This document shows, in pieces, positions 39,573 to 54,384 of a DNA stretch of 64,000 nt. How positions within the stretch are numbered: the first letter of the stretch is position 1; every line of letters starts with the position of its first letter. The notes beneath the pieces were generated by a model. It was not told the origin of the DNA. It did not search any database and saw only the letters and a program-made list of their open reading frames with translations. The DNA comes from the human T2T-CHM13v2.0 reference genome, Homo sapiens, in NCBI RefSeq assembly GCF_009914755.1, contig NC_060925.1; one strand, given 5' to 3'. A program made the position numbers and the translations under genes.

Positions 39573-41969
39573 CCAGCCTGCCCTGGAAGGTGGGGACCTG
39601 GACCAACGGTGTGGGTGCTTGTGTATGCATGTTGATAAGAGTTTCTCCCCGAAGAAACATGCTCTGGCTTTGCCCTGAACTTTAGCTTTGGTCTATGAAA
39701 AGGTTTTGCTGAATCTTGTGGGAACATAAACATTCGGCAGATTTCTTTCCCTGAAAGCTATTTCTTCTCTTTTTCTGGGAACTTTTGCCAGCAAGATCAA
39801 GGGCCCTCCACCCTTCCCTCCTCCCTCCCCTTTGCCTGAGACACCCAACCCCCTTTCTCCTCCTCTCCTAAATGAAAACAAAGTTAACTGGTGTGTACTG
39901 GGAATCATTTCAGAGCAAACTGGGCCAGAAGAAAGGAGTAAAGCAAACAGATAGCTCTCCCAAGAGGAGAAATTATAAGAAGGGAAGGGAGGAGAGAGAG
40001 AGAGAAAATAAGCCAATGGCATCAGTGGTGAAAAGTGAATTCCAGACATTTAAAATTCTTTTGGTTTTAATCATCTCAGAGGCTGACCAGAGCTGAGCTG
40101 TGGGGGCAGGGAAAAAATGAAAACCAGGGCCCTCTACTTGGAGCGGGCTGGAATCTCAGATTGTCTGCAAAGACCGACAGCCTTCCTATGCAAGCTGCTC
40201 ACTCTTCTCAGCCCAGGCCCTCATGACCTCCTGTGTCTGACTGCAGATGGTTTACCGCCTCCGGAGAGCCCATCCTGACTAACCCTCTCTTTTTATCTCA
40301 CTTTACACTCGGTTTTCAAGCACTGACCTTTCAGTTTTCCAACCGGATTGCAAGTTCCCCAAGGCCCTGGATTATGTTTTGTTAAAAGCAAAACTAACAA
40401 ACGACAAACCAAAGCCTCTTTCATAATTATGCCTTGGTCCCCTGCGTGAGGGTTGGACCCTCGGAGAAGCCCCAAGGCCTCTTCCTCATCTGTAAAATGG
40501 GCTGAAGAGCTGAGCCCAGCCTTGAAGAGACTCTAGAAGGAACCGGAAGCTGGGAGAAGCCTAGCGGCTGGTGCCTCCTCTGTGCTGTGCTCTATTGGGC
40601 ACTTCAGGATTCTCTCAAGGCTGCCCTGTGGGAGGGGTTGGAGGCATTTCGCTGAGGCCTAGGGGAAGTAGAGGGTCTTATTGTCCCCTTTCTCAGGGGT
40701 AGGTCTGGTTGGCAGTGGGTGAAGCTCCTGGACACAGGTGGCTGGGAGATGGGATGGGGGATTCCAGGCTCTCTCCTTCCCTGGGCCACAGTGGGTTTTA
40801 AGGTGAAGGAGGGAACCAGGAAATCTTGCCAGCTGTGGAGAGGTGATTGGTGGGAGGACCGGAGGGCAGCAGTGGGGGAAGGAGCCTGGAGGAGAAGCAG
40901 GAGGCCAGGCAGTGGCCACGAGGACGTAGTCACACGCAGAAGCCTCCTTTCCCTGGACCGGGTCCCCTCTGTGGTCAGCATCTTTCTTCTTTCTGAGCTC
41001 CCTCCCCCAGCTCTTCCCCCTCAATGTTGAGCTCTCAGTTTCTTTCTCCATCTGGAGGCAGCTCTCTTCATTCTCATGACCACCAGCTGTTTCTCCCACT
41101 TTCCCCCTCCCACTTTCCCTCAAACTTTGATTCCTGGGCCTTTGGACTTAGGTCTGTTTTTCATAGTGTATCTCCCACCCCTGCTTCCCTTCCCCAATAA
41201 GATTAAAAAATGTAGAGCTTGAGGGTAGATTAGAGTTGACCTTAGAATAGGAGTCAGGTGACCTGGATTTTAATCTCAACTCGTCTTATTGGACTGCTTT
41301 CTCTTGGGCAAGACATGTGCTTTTTTGGGGCCTTGGTTTATTCAGTAGTAAAATGAGGAGCTCCGTAAATGATGCCTGAGGCCAGATGCTTTTCACCTTC
41401 TGGAAAAAAGAGCAAGATCTGGAGTTCAGACTGCTCAGATTCAAGGACCTGTCACCTCCTACCCGTGTGACCTTGTGCAAGTCACTTCACCTCTTTGTAG
41501 GAGAACAGTGGCATCTGCTTCATGGAATGATGATAAAGACTGCATTAAATTACCTGCATAGAATGTGTGGCTTGGTACCTGAGACACTGTAAGCCAGTGG
41601 TATAAGTTAGCTCTTATTGTTAAATACTAACCTTTTTTTTGGTGTGGTGTAATAAAAAGAGTCCTGGATTTGTAATCAGGGACCTGAGTTCACATTCCAT
41701 CTTCCTTTCCAATTGTCTGTGTGACCTTGTGCAAGTCTGTTTCCCTAATGCTTTATAACATGGAATTCATAAGTCCTGTTTTGCCCCTCACTGGGAGTTG
41801 TGAATATAAGTTAATGTAAAGTCTATAGGGGCAAGGGCCTTCTTTGTCTCAGCCTCCCATTACCCGCCTAGTGCATGGGCACTCAACAAATGTGAGATAA
41901 ATGATAGTGTAAGTTACTAATCTATGAACAAAGAAACTGAGTCCCAGAATGGGGAAATGACTTGCTTAA

Positions 41970-42155
41970 GCTGGACACAGCTAACCCTTTGTTGTGGGGG
42001 CTGTCCTGTACATTGGAGGATGTTTAGCTTCATTCCTGGCCTCTACCTACTGGAAGCCAGTAGCACCCCAGTCTCCAGGTGTGACAATTTAAAATGTCTT
42101 CAGACATTTCCAGATGTCACCTGGGAAGTAAAATTGCCCCAAGTGAGAACCACTG
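41970..42155 (+). mobile_element. MER20 hAT-Charlie element inside a minus-strand MIR
   Basis: CTTTGTTGTGGGGGCTGTCCTGTACATTGGAGGATGTTTAGC..CATTCCTGGCCTCTACCTACTGGAAGCCAGTAGCAC...GAGAACCACTG. Confidence 0.85.
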
Positions 42156-43110
42156 AGCTAACCAGAGGAAAAGCTAGAACTGGAAATGAAGTCTTCTGAC
42201 TCCCCTTCCATAGCTTTTTCTAAAATGCCACACTGCTGTCCATTTCTCCCTTTATCCCATACCCCATAAAATTTAGAGAGAGAGGTTTATGTTGTTGAGG
42301 ATGAAGTAAAGTATTTTGTCTTCTAGCCCATTTCAGAGATAATTTCCACATAAGCTGCGACTGACCTGTCTGTCCTGGGTTAGGGCTAAGGAAGGAGGCA
42401 GGTGGCAAAGAGAGTCACCTGGGCAGTCCACTAAGCAGAGTGGACGGAGGACCTGACTTCCCCTAGAAGCATGCCATGTTTGTGATGAGGATTCCTGGAC
42501 GATCTACCACATCTCCACCCCGAGCAGATAAAAGCAGACTCCTTGTGATGCCAGACAGAACTGTTTTGGGTTTCAGGTGCCTACGGCTCCCCGTTTCTTC
42601 TCACCTTGCATACCCCACCCCATGCCCCACAGTAGCTCTGAGAGGACCTAGGGCATCGTAGAGTACAGTTTGAAAATTACAGATTTATTCCAACCCTTGA
42701 ATGTTACAAATGAAAACCAAGACTCAGAGGGTAAGTGACTCGCTGCCCCACAGCAGTGACCAGAGCCACAAGTTCCACCTTAGTCCCCTGCCCTTGCTCC
42801 GCAACCAAGGTGTGTGTACACCTCCCGCCGACTAGAAAACTGCCACTTCATCTAGGCTGTCTCCACGGACCTCCCTGCCTCCCCTACCATTCCCCACTGC
42901 ACAGACAAAAATGTCCTTTCTGGGGTGGGGGTGGGAGTAGGGGTGGTGACTTAAGGAGCTTACTGTCCATTAATTGCTAGAGGAAGGTGGTGGTCCCTGG
43001 AGGATTTTAGGTGACACTGCTCCTGGGACTGTCAGCAGATCCCCCACCTTCCCTAGAGATGCCCTTGTTTTTCAACCTCTGCCCCCATCCCTCCTAAGGG
43101 GCCTATTCTT

Positions 43111-43410
43111 GCTGTCATGGCAACCAGGGGATTAGGACCAGTTTGGAAGCCCAAAGATATGGGAGAGGGCTTAGTAAGAAGGCAGGTGGAAGGAGGAAAT
43201 GAGAGAATGAGGTGATGATAAAAAAACAGAGCTACGTGGGGGAAGTGGAGGGCAACGAGGAAGGTAAAGGGAAGGGGGAGATGAGAGAGACCTCACTAGA
43301 GTAAGAGAGAAAAAGGAGGGAGGAGGGGGAGGGAAGAGAGAGAGAGAAACCTCAACTTTTATTTAAAATCAGAGAGCAGTTGTAAGCCTGGAGTTGTTGC
43401 CATGGCAACA
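43111..43410. promoter_or_regulatory. Two RFX X-box motifs
   Basis: Perfect palindrome GTTGCCATGGCAAC at 43396-43409 and GCTGTCATGGCAAC at 43111-43124. Confidence 0.65.
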
Positions 43411-45119
43411 GCAAAGAAAAGAAGATAGAGAGCTTGTGAAGCCATGAAAACCCAATAGGGGTAAATGTTTAAAGCCAGGAACAAAAACCATTCAGAGATA
43501 ATTAAGTAACCGGCCGCAGGTTCCATACTCCTGCCCATTGTCCGGGACTCTGCCTGAGATCCTAGCCTCCTTCCCGTCTTGCCTTCTTCTCCCACCCTTT
43601 ACTCCTTCCCCTCACTCACAAGGATTTCAAAGCAGCAGCCAGGGAACACCCGACCACCCTCCCTGTAATCTTCTTTCCTTTAGCGAGGGACTGACCTGCT
43701 TACTCCGGTCCCAGTCCCTTAGACCGACACTGGGCGAGCTTTCTCTCCTTCACTATTAAGAGAAATATAGTCTTTATGGGGGGGGGGGGCGGGGGGAAGG
43801 AGGTTTTAGTCAGATAAATGGAAGAACTTCTTGACGCTGAATTGCTACATGGATAACTAAGTTGTGGACTTTTCTTTCCTTCCTTGGATACGACAGGCAA
43901 GGCCCACCTCTGTGTTAACTGCGGCCCTCTAGATCTCTGAATTGCTAGGATTCTTGGGGTCTTCCTCGGAAGGGGAGGTGCGTTCTCCTCCTTCCGGTGC
44001 TTTACTGGGACTATTTAACTGTGTTTAATGCTACCACTAATTCCTCTTTGAATGCTTCTTAGGATTTTTCCAGCAGGCTTAATCTTCCCAAGCCTCAGGA
44101 TGGCCACAAGCTAAGCTGATACTTTGGGGGTTAGGTGTACTCTGAAGAAATTTTTTTTTATTGCCAAAGTACTCCTTTGTTTTTTAAATGAGTTTCATAA
44201 AGTCACCTTACTCCTACCCCAGACATCACAACAGCTGGCTGGCCCCTCACCCCATCTCCTTAGGGAAATAATCTTTTGAGTCCTGCCATACCTTCAGTGT
44301 CTCCTAAGAAACTGTGAGTATCAGAGAGGGCTGTGATGTCCTTTTCTTCCTCTCATCTCTGATGCAGTTCTGAACTGGGGGCCAAAATAGCTAAGTAGGA
44401 AGAGTCCTGTTTTGCACCTGCAGCACTCCCTCGCTCCTGCCCGCTGTTATCACCCACCTCCAGTCCCTTCCTGCAGATACTCTCAATGTTATCCTCAGAC
44501 TAAGCCAGACCATTGGAGAGTTGGGAACCAAGATGGAATGGTTTTGGCCCCTTAAAGAATTGCTTTTACTGAACTGAGCATTTGGTGCTGTGCCACCAGC
44601 CCTCACTGAGGAATGCTTTAAGGAACAGCCCTGTGAGACTCCTTACTGCATTTATGGTAGGAATGTTGTCCAGGACATGGTTCAACACATCACAGTGTCC
44701 TTTTATGAGGATCCACAGGAGAAAGTTCCAGAGCTACTTTACCTAAGCTTCTGGTTCATTTTTTTATGGTTACTGTAAATTGTATCGTGAATTTTGAAAT
44801 TTTCCTCTTTGCACTGACTGCTTGGAAGCTCAGAGCTAGACCTTGTAGTTCATCTCTGATGAGGCACTTAGGATCTTATGGCATATATTTAGTATATTAG
44901 TTTTACCCCAACCTCAATTTATTTCTCTTGTTTTTAGTCTCTTTCCCTGCTTCCCTAATCACCACCATCCCCATCCCAGTGTCTAGTTTCTTCTCTTATT
45001 TTTAATATCATTGACCGAATCTATGTATGCTGCTTCAGATTTTCTATGAAACAAGTAAACTAATTGAGTTAAGATCTATAAAACATAGAGCATAGTGCCT
45101 GACAAATATTAAGAAAGCA

Positions 45120-45408
45120 GGCTGGGTGCGGCGGCTCAAGCCTGTAATCCCAGCACTTTGGGAGGCTGAGGTGGGTGGATCACAAGGTTAGGAGTTTGAG
45201 ACCAGCCTGGCCAACATGGTGAAACCCCATCTCTACTAAAAATACAAAAATTAGACAGGTGTAGTGGCATCTGCCTGTAGTCCCAGCTACTCAGGAGGCC
45301 GAGGGAGGAGAATGTTGTGAACCCGGTAGGCAGAGCTTGCAGTGAGCCGAGATCGTGCCACTGTACTCTAGACTGGGGGACAGAGCGAGACTCTGTCTCA
45401 AAAAAAAA
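45120..45408 (+). mobile_element. Alu (AluSg-like)
   Basis: Full dimer. TSD AAGAAAGCA. Confidence 0.95.
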
Positions 45409-46434
45409 AAGAAAGCAAAGAAAATGTCAACTACTATTTTAAGTAAACAAATAGTACAAATTGTTTCTAATCTTTATTTTAGAGATGTTGCAAATATGGA
45501 CCAGAGACTGCAGAAAGCTAGCCAGATCAAAGGCCAGCAGTTAAAGGCAGTAACTATAGTTAACTCCCAGTTGACCCAATAGAAGGAAGAGCCTTGACCC
45601 GAGTAACACCCAGCCACTGATTTTTTTTTAATCTTTTCTTTTTAACTTTGGGATGCATCATGGTGATGATAATGATGATAAATAATCAGATTTGCCTTGC
45701 TTATTAGAGTTGACTTGGTCTGCTATTTAAATGAGTTTCTAATTCCCTGCTCACACCAGACTGACAACCGAAACCTTCTGGGTGGCAAAGGGAATCAGCC
45801 TGCCTGGGATTAAGATTTTTCCATGGTTAATCTCCAAAGTGAGGAACCTACGTGTGAGTAATTGAGAGCTGACAGCATTTCGTTGGATCAGTTTTGCCTA
45901 GTCAGACAGGGAGAGGGCTAAGCCTTGGAAAGACAATAGGGTAAGACAAGAGGAAGTTGACAGAGTGTGACTTCTATCCATTTCTCAGCCTTGCTTGCAC
46001 AACCTGCCCTAGCTCAGGTGAAGTTGGCCCTGCATTCTTTGTCTCTTATTTGCTCATTTCCAACAAACCTTTCATTTGGTCCAAGGGTAAAAAGAAAAAG
46101 AAAAAAGTCGCCATGACATCTCTGTTTTGTTCAACCCCACATTCACGGAGCATTTACTATATGTTAGGCACTGTTAGGTGCTCTGGCTGTGTCAAGTCCC
46201 TGCAAGCTCCCTTTCCTGCGGAGGGCAGGTTCCAGTGGAGACACTCATCATTGCACGCACGGCCCAGGAAATGGGCATCTCCCCGGGCAAGTTCTCCTCA
46301 TTTTCCTCCTTTCCTGCTTCCTCCTGCGTTTCTCAAGGGCTCTCTTCCTCTCACTCTTCTCTGTCATTCCCTCAAGGTCTTTCTAGCCCTTCTTAGTTTT
46401 CTCTCCTACCCTCTTTACCTTTCCCTCCTTTTTA

Positions 46435-46845
<411 letters not shown>

Positions 46846-49574
46846 CTATTTTTCTGTTTTTTTTTTAAACCTCTTTCCTAATTACTTACAAGGAAAAAAA
46901 AGAAGGCAGCCCTCCCTCTCAATCTCTCAGTTCTTTTGCTTAGAAGACAAAAGATCCTTCAGAATTAGAGAGGAAGAGGGGAAAAGAAAAAAAAAAGATT
47001 CCAGTTAAAAATCTTAAAAATCTTCATCAGGGTCAAAAACCTGACAGAAAAGCTTTGTTTGAAGGGAATGTGAAGGGGGAGGAGGAGGGAACTGGCAACC
47101 GGCAACTCTCAACCTCAAAAGGCAAAATATCTTGAGAGTTGAAGGAAATCTGGAGATAGTGAACACTCCCATTGAAGTAGTGGAATAGCTTTGATTTCCT
47201 TTTTAGCCAGAGAGTCTTGTCCTTTTGAGGCTGGTGGAATATGCTGAGAGGAAGAATTGGGGGGGTGGGAAGCAGGAAACTGCCATTTTAATTTCACCCT
47301 GGGTCAGAATTGTCAGGAGTTAGGGTGACTGCAAAGAAGCCCTAGGCCTGAAGCCTCAGGCTCTGGTGTGCCGCACCACACCACAGGTCCCAGCCTAATA
47401 CTTCCCAGAAAGGGAATGAAGCAGAGAGTAGGCAGAGTCAGGGGGCAGGGGAAGGGCCGTGGGAACTGATGTAGAGGGCTGGTGATGGTGAAGCTGGTGA
47501 AGCCCCGGGAGAGACCTGTGGGCAGGTAGGAGGCAGCTCGTAGCATGGCCATGGAGCCAGGAGGCATCAGAGCGTGAGATGGTGCCAACCTGGGAATGCA
47601 GTGTGGCCTGTAGGGAAGCAAGGTTCTAATTGGTCAGCTGCTCTAGGACTTTGAGGAGAAAAGACTCAGAGATGTCCCTTGATTGGAGGAAGGGTGAAAG
47701 CAAAAAGTAGCATGGGGCATTATTGAAAGGGTGTCAAGAATGGGACTGCTAGAATGAGGAAGCAAACATAAAGCTGGACACCCAGACAAGGAGGAGCCCT
47801 GGAAAAAGAGGGGAAGGGTAAAGAGGGGGCCTCCTTCCCTGGAGGCCATCTGATGAGGGTCGATGGGCCAGTTTGAGAACCATTTGTGGCAAGCGTTTAA
47901 ATCCCAGGCTGCTTTTTGCCCCAGTACCTGGTATCCAGCCATCGATTGATGTGCTACGAGAGAAGATGAACCAATTTTATTATTAGCCTGAACAAAACAT
48001 AATTAGGAGGAGAAATTTGCTTCTGCTGTTGCAGTTGCTGCAGCAAAGAAGTTACATAAGGTTCATTCGGATGACTTGGGAACACCTTCCCTACTTCCCT
48101 ATTCCTGTTCCCGTTTCTCTGGCTTGAACCAAGTAAATAGAGGTCCAGAGCCTCCACTCTGCCTTCTAGAAATTCCCAAGACAGAAATGTGCTCAAGGAG
48201 CAGATCTAAGACCCTCAGCCTATAGCGGACACGGAACAAGGGCACAAATCGAATAAGTCAGTGCATTGTCATGATGAACATGTGGACAAAGGCAAGAAAA
48301 GGGAGAAGGGACAAGAGAGAGGAGCAGACTGGAGGAGAAGGAATAAAGAGCTGAGGCATAGCTCTGCTCCTGTGATGTTAGAGGAAGGGAAGGTGGAAAA
48401 AAAAGGCATTGAATTATTCTCAGACAATTTCAGAAGGACCAGATGGATTCTGGAAGGAATTAACTCTGTTATGTCCTGTACTAGTATCATTACTACACTC
48501 TAAGATGGGCAAACGAAAGGATTTGGAGCATTTTGGCAGATACTCTTTGGGTGATTGAGAGGGGGAGGTAGGAGGGCATGGCTGTTGGGGTGACTATATG
48601 GGGGTCGCATTTGGGCTGAAAGTTAAGGCCACAGACACATCCCAGGCTGAGCTCCACACTGACCCCCTTAGACTGAGGCTTTCACTCAGGGCACTTAACT
48701 TGGGTGGAGGGAGGCAGGAGTGGAAACTCCAGGCCTAATTGCTAGGTCTCTCTCAGCTCTTCCAGGGAGCACGGGGCAGGAAATTCCTCAAATTCCAGGC
48801 TTGTAGGATCATTGCTGAGCTTAACCGCAGAGCAAGAGAAAGAGGCAGGAGAGGCAGAGAACTGCCTTCTCTCCATCTTTTTTTCCCTTGCAATTTTAAA
48901 GCTGCAGCAAATCAGAAGGGTTTGGAGGGGCTGATGGCTATGAGAGAGGCCCCAAGCATAACACCCCCGACCCTGGTAAAGAAAGTCCCAAGTCTGGGAA
49001 TCCCAGAGAAATTAGTCCTGAATTGAGTAAGTTTGAAGTCAAAAATAGACTGCTGTGGCCCGGGATAAGCATTTTTCCCAGGGTGAATTTTTTTAGTTCT
49101 TCAGAATAGCCAGTGGAAAGGAAGTTGGTTTAGGAGCAAGAACTGTCTTGCTGAAATAAATGATGGCTGCGCAGGGAGCACATTGGAAGGGGTCTTGGGG
49201 TGGACAGAATTTCCTTTTGCTCTAAGGGTGAAACCAGTCAGGTCTCTCTCTTTCTGAGCTCTCCTCCCAGAGCACCTGGTCAGGATATCCCAGTCATCAC
49301 CTCCGGGAAGATGATGTTCCCTGGATAGCCCATACATTTTCTCACCTCCATACCTAGCTAACACTGCTGCATCAGTCCCAATGACCCCACTTCCCATCCT
49401 TTACTCTCTGAGATCTGGATTTGCCTTCAAGATGCACCCCCCATGCCACTTTCTTAAGGTAGTCTTCTCAACTCCCCCCAAAGAATGAACTATTATTTTT
49501 GGGGGGCTTCCAAAGCAAATTGCTTTGAAATTCCAAAAGATCATACATTCTGTTTTAATCATAGTGGGTTGTTA

Positions 49575-49738
49575 AGCTCCTGCACTAGACTATAATGCTA
49601 CTTGTGGATAGGGACTATGATTTGTTTATATCTGTAACTTCCGTCTCTTGCCTCTTTTCCCCAGCATAGAGCAGAATGACTGCCATACAGTAAATCAAAA
49701 AAAAAAAAAAAAAAAAAAAAAAAAGCCGTTGAGTGAAT
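49575..49738 (+). mobile_element. LINE-2 3' end containing an A28 homopolymer (49697-49724)
   Basis: CACTAGACTATAA...AGGGACTATG...CCCCAGCATAGAGCAGAATGACTGCCATACAGTAAATC(A28)GCCGTTGAGTGAAT. Confidence 0.7.
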
Positions 49739-50008
49739 ATCCCAGTTATTTGAGTGTGGATTATCCACTTGGTAGATCCCTATAATTAATGTTTAACTCA
49801 AAGTCTAGTTTCTCTTCCAGCTCAGCTCCTGGTACTATCACGTAATATGTGCTCAGAGAATGCAAACAGTTTTTAAATATTATCTTCAGTACGACATAAT
49901 TAGGTGCTGCTAAAAATTCATTATCATGCTTTCCAAAGCCAAAAAGAAATAACTTTTGTATTATCCACTCCACTGCTCTTCCTCAGTGGTGTGGATAACT
50001 GAGACATA
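49738..50008. mobile_element. Probable TcMar-Tigger-type MITE remnant
   Basis: Inverted ends CCCAGTTAT...GGATTATCCAC and TTATCCAC...GTGGATAACTGAG. Confidence 0.45.
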
Positions 50009-53000
50009 AACATTTTCATCATAATTGATGATGGGACCACCTTACAGGGCCACTGGATTTATTGGGTGCCAGGAGGAAGAAGCAGTGGCCCATATCTTCT
50101 GTAATTCTTTCTTCTCCAGTTGCTAAGCTCCTTGGATTTGCACAGAGCACTTAGAGTTGATGGTCCCACCCTCAGCAGCAACCTAAAAATGGCCAATGTG
50201 GGCTGGCATTGAGGAAGTATCTCGACCAAAACCTCAAAAATTCACAGTAAAAAATGCCGTATCCTAGGGCTCTTAATTTTTTTCTTGGTGGAATCATAAA
50301 ATCCTTTTGGTTGTTCTTCAGACCTATTTGTCCCTCTTTTGTTATCAGAATTATTTTCTGGTGACCCGGAGAGATTCTTTCACTGCACTATATTGCAGAT
50401 TCTCCACCAAAAAAGCAGAACTCAGCTGGCTGCATGATGCCAAAATGACTCCTTGCTTTGGCTAATTCAGTCAGCTGGTGAAAGTATCGTGGTATTATGG
50501 AAGGAGCCCTGTTTGAGGCATTACCCTCATCTTAGTTTCATTCCTGATTCTGCTACTAATAAGCTGTGTGACTTTGAACAGGTTGCTTAACCTCTCTGGG
50601 CTTTGGTAATCATAATCCCTAACATGTGGAAGTTCGGCTAGGTAAAAGCAGAGGCTCTTTTTAGCTATAACTCTATGTGTAAGTCTGTAATTGAGGTTAA
50701 GAAGAAATGTGCATATACATGACTTTTGACTGAATACTATTTACTTTCTATAACAGGTTACAGGATATATATAAAATTATGTTTTCAGTCTCCCTCCCTT
50801 TCCTGGGAAAGACTGAATAGGCCCTAGAGGTTCTGGGGGTGTGGCAGCTGTGGTGGGCTTTACAAAAGGGGTTTTTTTGGTTCCTTCTGTTCACTTGTAA
50901 GGTTTCAAAGAAAATTGTGCCTATACTTATCAGGATATATGTAAGCAACTGCAGAGAAATGACATGTAACCTGAGGTGTTAAGTACTGAAGGGACAGGAA
51001 ATAATACTGGGTGTGGTTATGGATAGTGCTAGTTTGGCCAGGCTTCCTTAAAGAGGTAAATCTGGAGCAGGGCTCAGCAGGAGGAGACATGGCATGGATT
51101 GTAAGGGGAGAAAGAAATCCACTCCAGGTGTGTGGGTGGGTGCGGTTGGGGTGGGGCTCGGTGGGTAGTTATTAAAGCTTTATGCACCTGGATTCCTAGT
51201 AGGCAGCTATTTTGGGTTCTGGAGAAGTGGGTCAACATAATGAAGTTTGGGAGGCTGCATTCTGATTTCTGGGCACATAAACCTGGGGAAGGCATGAAGC
51301 AAGGAGGATGCTGAAGGGCCATTATCATCCAAATGAGACCAGTGGGATGTAAAGGATAAGAGCATTATAAGTATCCCAAAAAAGAGAATCTCAGAATTAT
51401 TTCTATTTGAGCATTTAACTTGTGCTAAACACCTACTATGTTCTGGGATGTCCGTTCTGGAAAGGACCTTAGAGGTAATCTGTTCTATGAATTATGAAAC
51501 TGAAGATCAGAGAAGGGATGCAAACTGCCCAGTGCCACCCAGCGGATTCTGACAGAAGCAGAACTAGAAGCCCTGATTCCTTACTCCCACCCTACTGTTC
51601 TTCCTGCTACAGCTAAAAAACACCCATATTCTTTGACTTCACTTTCCCTATTGAATTTACATCTAGTGCCAAAGGGGCACCACTGGGAACACCCAGGACC
51701 CCTACTATAGATGTGCTTCCCACTATGGTTAAAAGTTAGGACTTGTCCCAGATCCTTTGCCAGCTGCTGAAATCCAGGCCCTGAGATTTAAACTCCCCAA
51801 ACAGCCTCCAGAACAGATTGCATAATAACTTAATCGGAAGGGCGGGAGAGAGGGTCCAAGTGTTCAGGCAAGTACCACTCTGCCAGCTCCTCTCCACATC
51901 TGCATCTGTGGGCCTTCTGCTAAAGTGCCAGCGCCCTAGCCTGTTTCCAGCCTCTTCCTCCCACACACCTGCACACCCGCACACTCTTACCTGTGTATAC
52001 TCAGTCTGGGTGCAAATGAAGAGAGACCTGGGGTTAGGTCCAGGAGCAACTAGAGTGACCACCCTGGGTGATGTGAGGGTCCACGGGTGTCTTCTGAAGT
52101 TCTTTTTGGAGGCCTATGTGGCCCCTGTTCTCTCCTCTCCACAGGTTTTGGCTGCAGCCATGAAGCAGGCCAAACAAATGCAAAGGTCATGGCCTGGAAG
52201 GTTATGCCTTTTTCTTCGGGCCTTGGAAAGGGCAAAAAGTGCAAGTTGTGTCCCTAGGCATCATTCCAGGCCCCATTTTCCTTTGGGAGTGGTGGGGAGT
52301 GGCAGGAGAGAGCTGGCCCCCAGTGGACTGGGCCATGCCTTATCATTCTTGTCTACAAAAAAACTCCCTCACCCTCTTATTGATGGTGAGGGCTCTGTAG
52401 TTTTAGACAGTCAATAGTATGTTTTCATTTCAGTTAGTTTCAATTCAGCAAGCATTTATTGAGTGCCAGGCACTGTTCAGTGCTGAGGAAACAGAGATGA
52501 ATACAATATGGTTACTTGCCTTCCAGTTAAGTAAATTTTCACTTAAGAACAATAATACCAGTCTCAAATACAGCAAAGAGACAGACTACAAGGGAAAGTA
52601 TTTTGGAGTGAGCATAAGAGGCATAATTACAGGAATCCCCACACCAGACAGGACCATCTATTCTCCATTCTCCGTTTAAAAGGCAGCTGGGTACCATGGA
52701 AAGAGCACAAGTAGGGGGACCGGGAGACTTGTGTGTCTTCTACCAGCCTTGCCATTAATATCCTGGGTGCACCGGGAAAATCATTTTACTGCTCTAACAT
52801 TCAGTGTCCTAACTCTAAATTGAGACAGGATTAAATAATTTCTTAGATCTCTTCCAGCTTTAAGATGGAGTCAATCCAGGACGGCTTCCTGAAAGAAGTA
52901 CAATTTCAGGAACTGTTTGGAAAGTGGAAAGAAAACGTTAAGTTATTGTGCTGCGAAAGGTGTCCTGTTGTCAAATATCTTGGTAAAATGGAGATAGGAA

Positions 53001-53040
53001 TGTGTGGTAGTGGGAGGGGATGGAAGAGACACAGGGTTTT

Positions 53041-53674
<634 letters not shown>

Positions 53675-54384
53675 GAGACACAGGGTTTTGAACAGGTATT
53701 GTTAACAGGTAGTGTAGGAAGTGGTAGACCCAGAGGATGAGGGTGGGAAGGCCCTTGGATCCAACTGTAGAATGCCATACCTGAAAACATAACGGTTTAT
53801 AGAGGAGAACTTGAAACAGATCTGGCAAAGGGGATCGTGGTGTTTTCCCTGTGTCCCTTCCCCGACCCAGTTCCCCAGGGTCCACCCTGACCTCAGAATT
53901 GAAGCAGCTCAGCACCAGTGGCATTTTTAGAAGGAAGGGAGGGGTGCGGAAAAACCAAATTAAGTAACTCCTTGGAGGTGGGCACTTCTTGCCCTAAGCT
54001 GAGGAAACCAGACCAAAAAAAGAGATCCTCCCTTCCGATTTCTTCAGCCACCACTGTGAGCAGCCCAAGTGTGGCTGGCAGACATCCTGTCCCCGAGGGA
54101 CCCATGGACACTCAAAGCCTGTTCCTTTGTAGCCGCCTCCTCTGTGTGGAGAAAGCATCTTCCATTTTCTTCTGACCCTGCAAACTGACCTGTCACTGGG
54201 TCTCACATTCTGGACTAATGCGTGGATTGAATGCAGGGGAGCGCTTTGGATGAGAAAAGTCAGATGGGTCCTCCTCAAGTTCCCCCCATTCTCTCTTCCC
54301 ACCGGGAAAGGGAAAGAATGCATGCACAGATTTCTTTCAGGGTGGCGGAGACACCGAGTGGAGCAATGACAGGCCCTGTTAGGC

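Noticed and set aside
51818-52417. 199-aa + strand ORF in intron 1 (also 182 aa at 36260-36808 and 178 aa at 45957-46493)
   Set aside because: No recognisable domain or Ig-like pattern, and no convincing exon boundaries. Consistent with chance ORFs.
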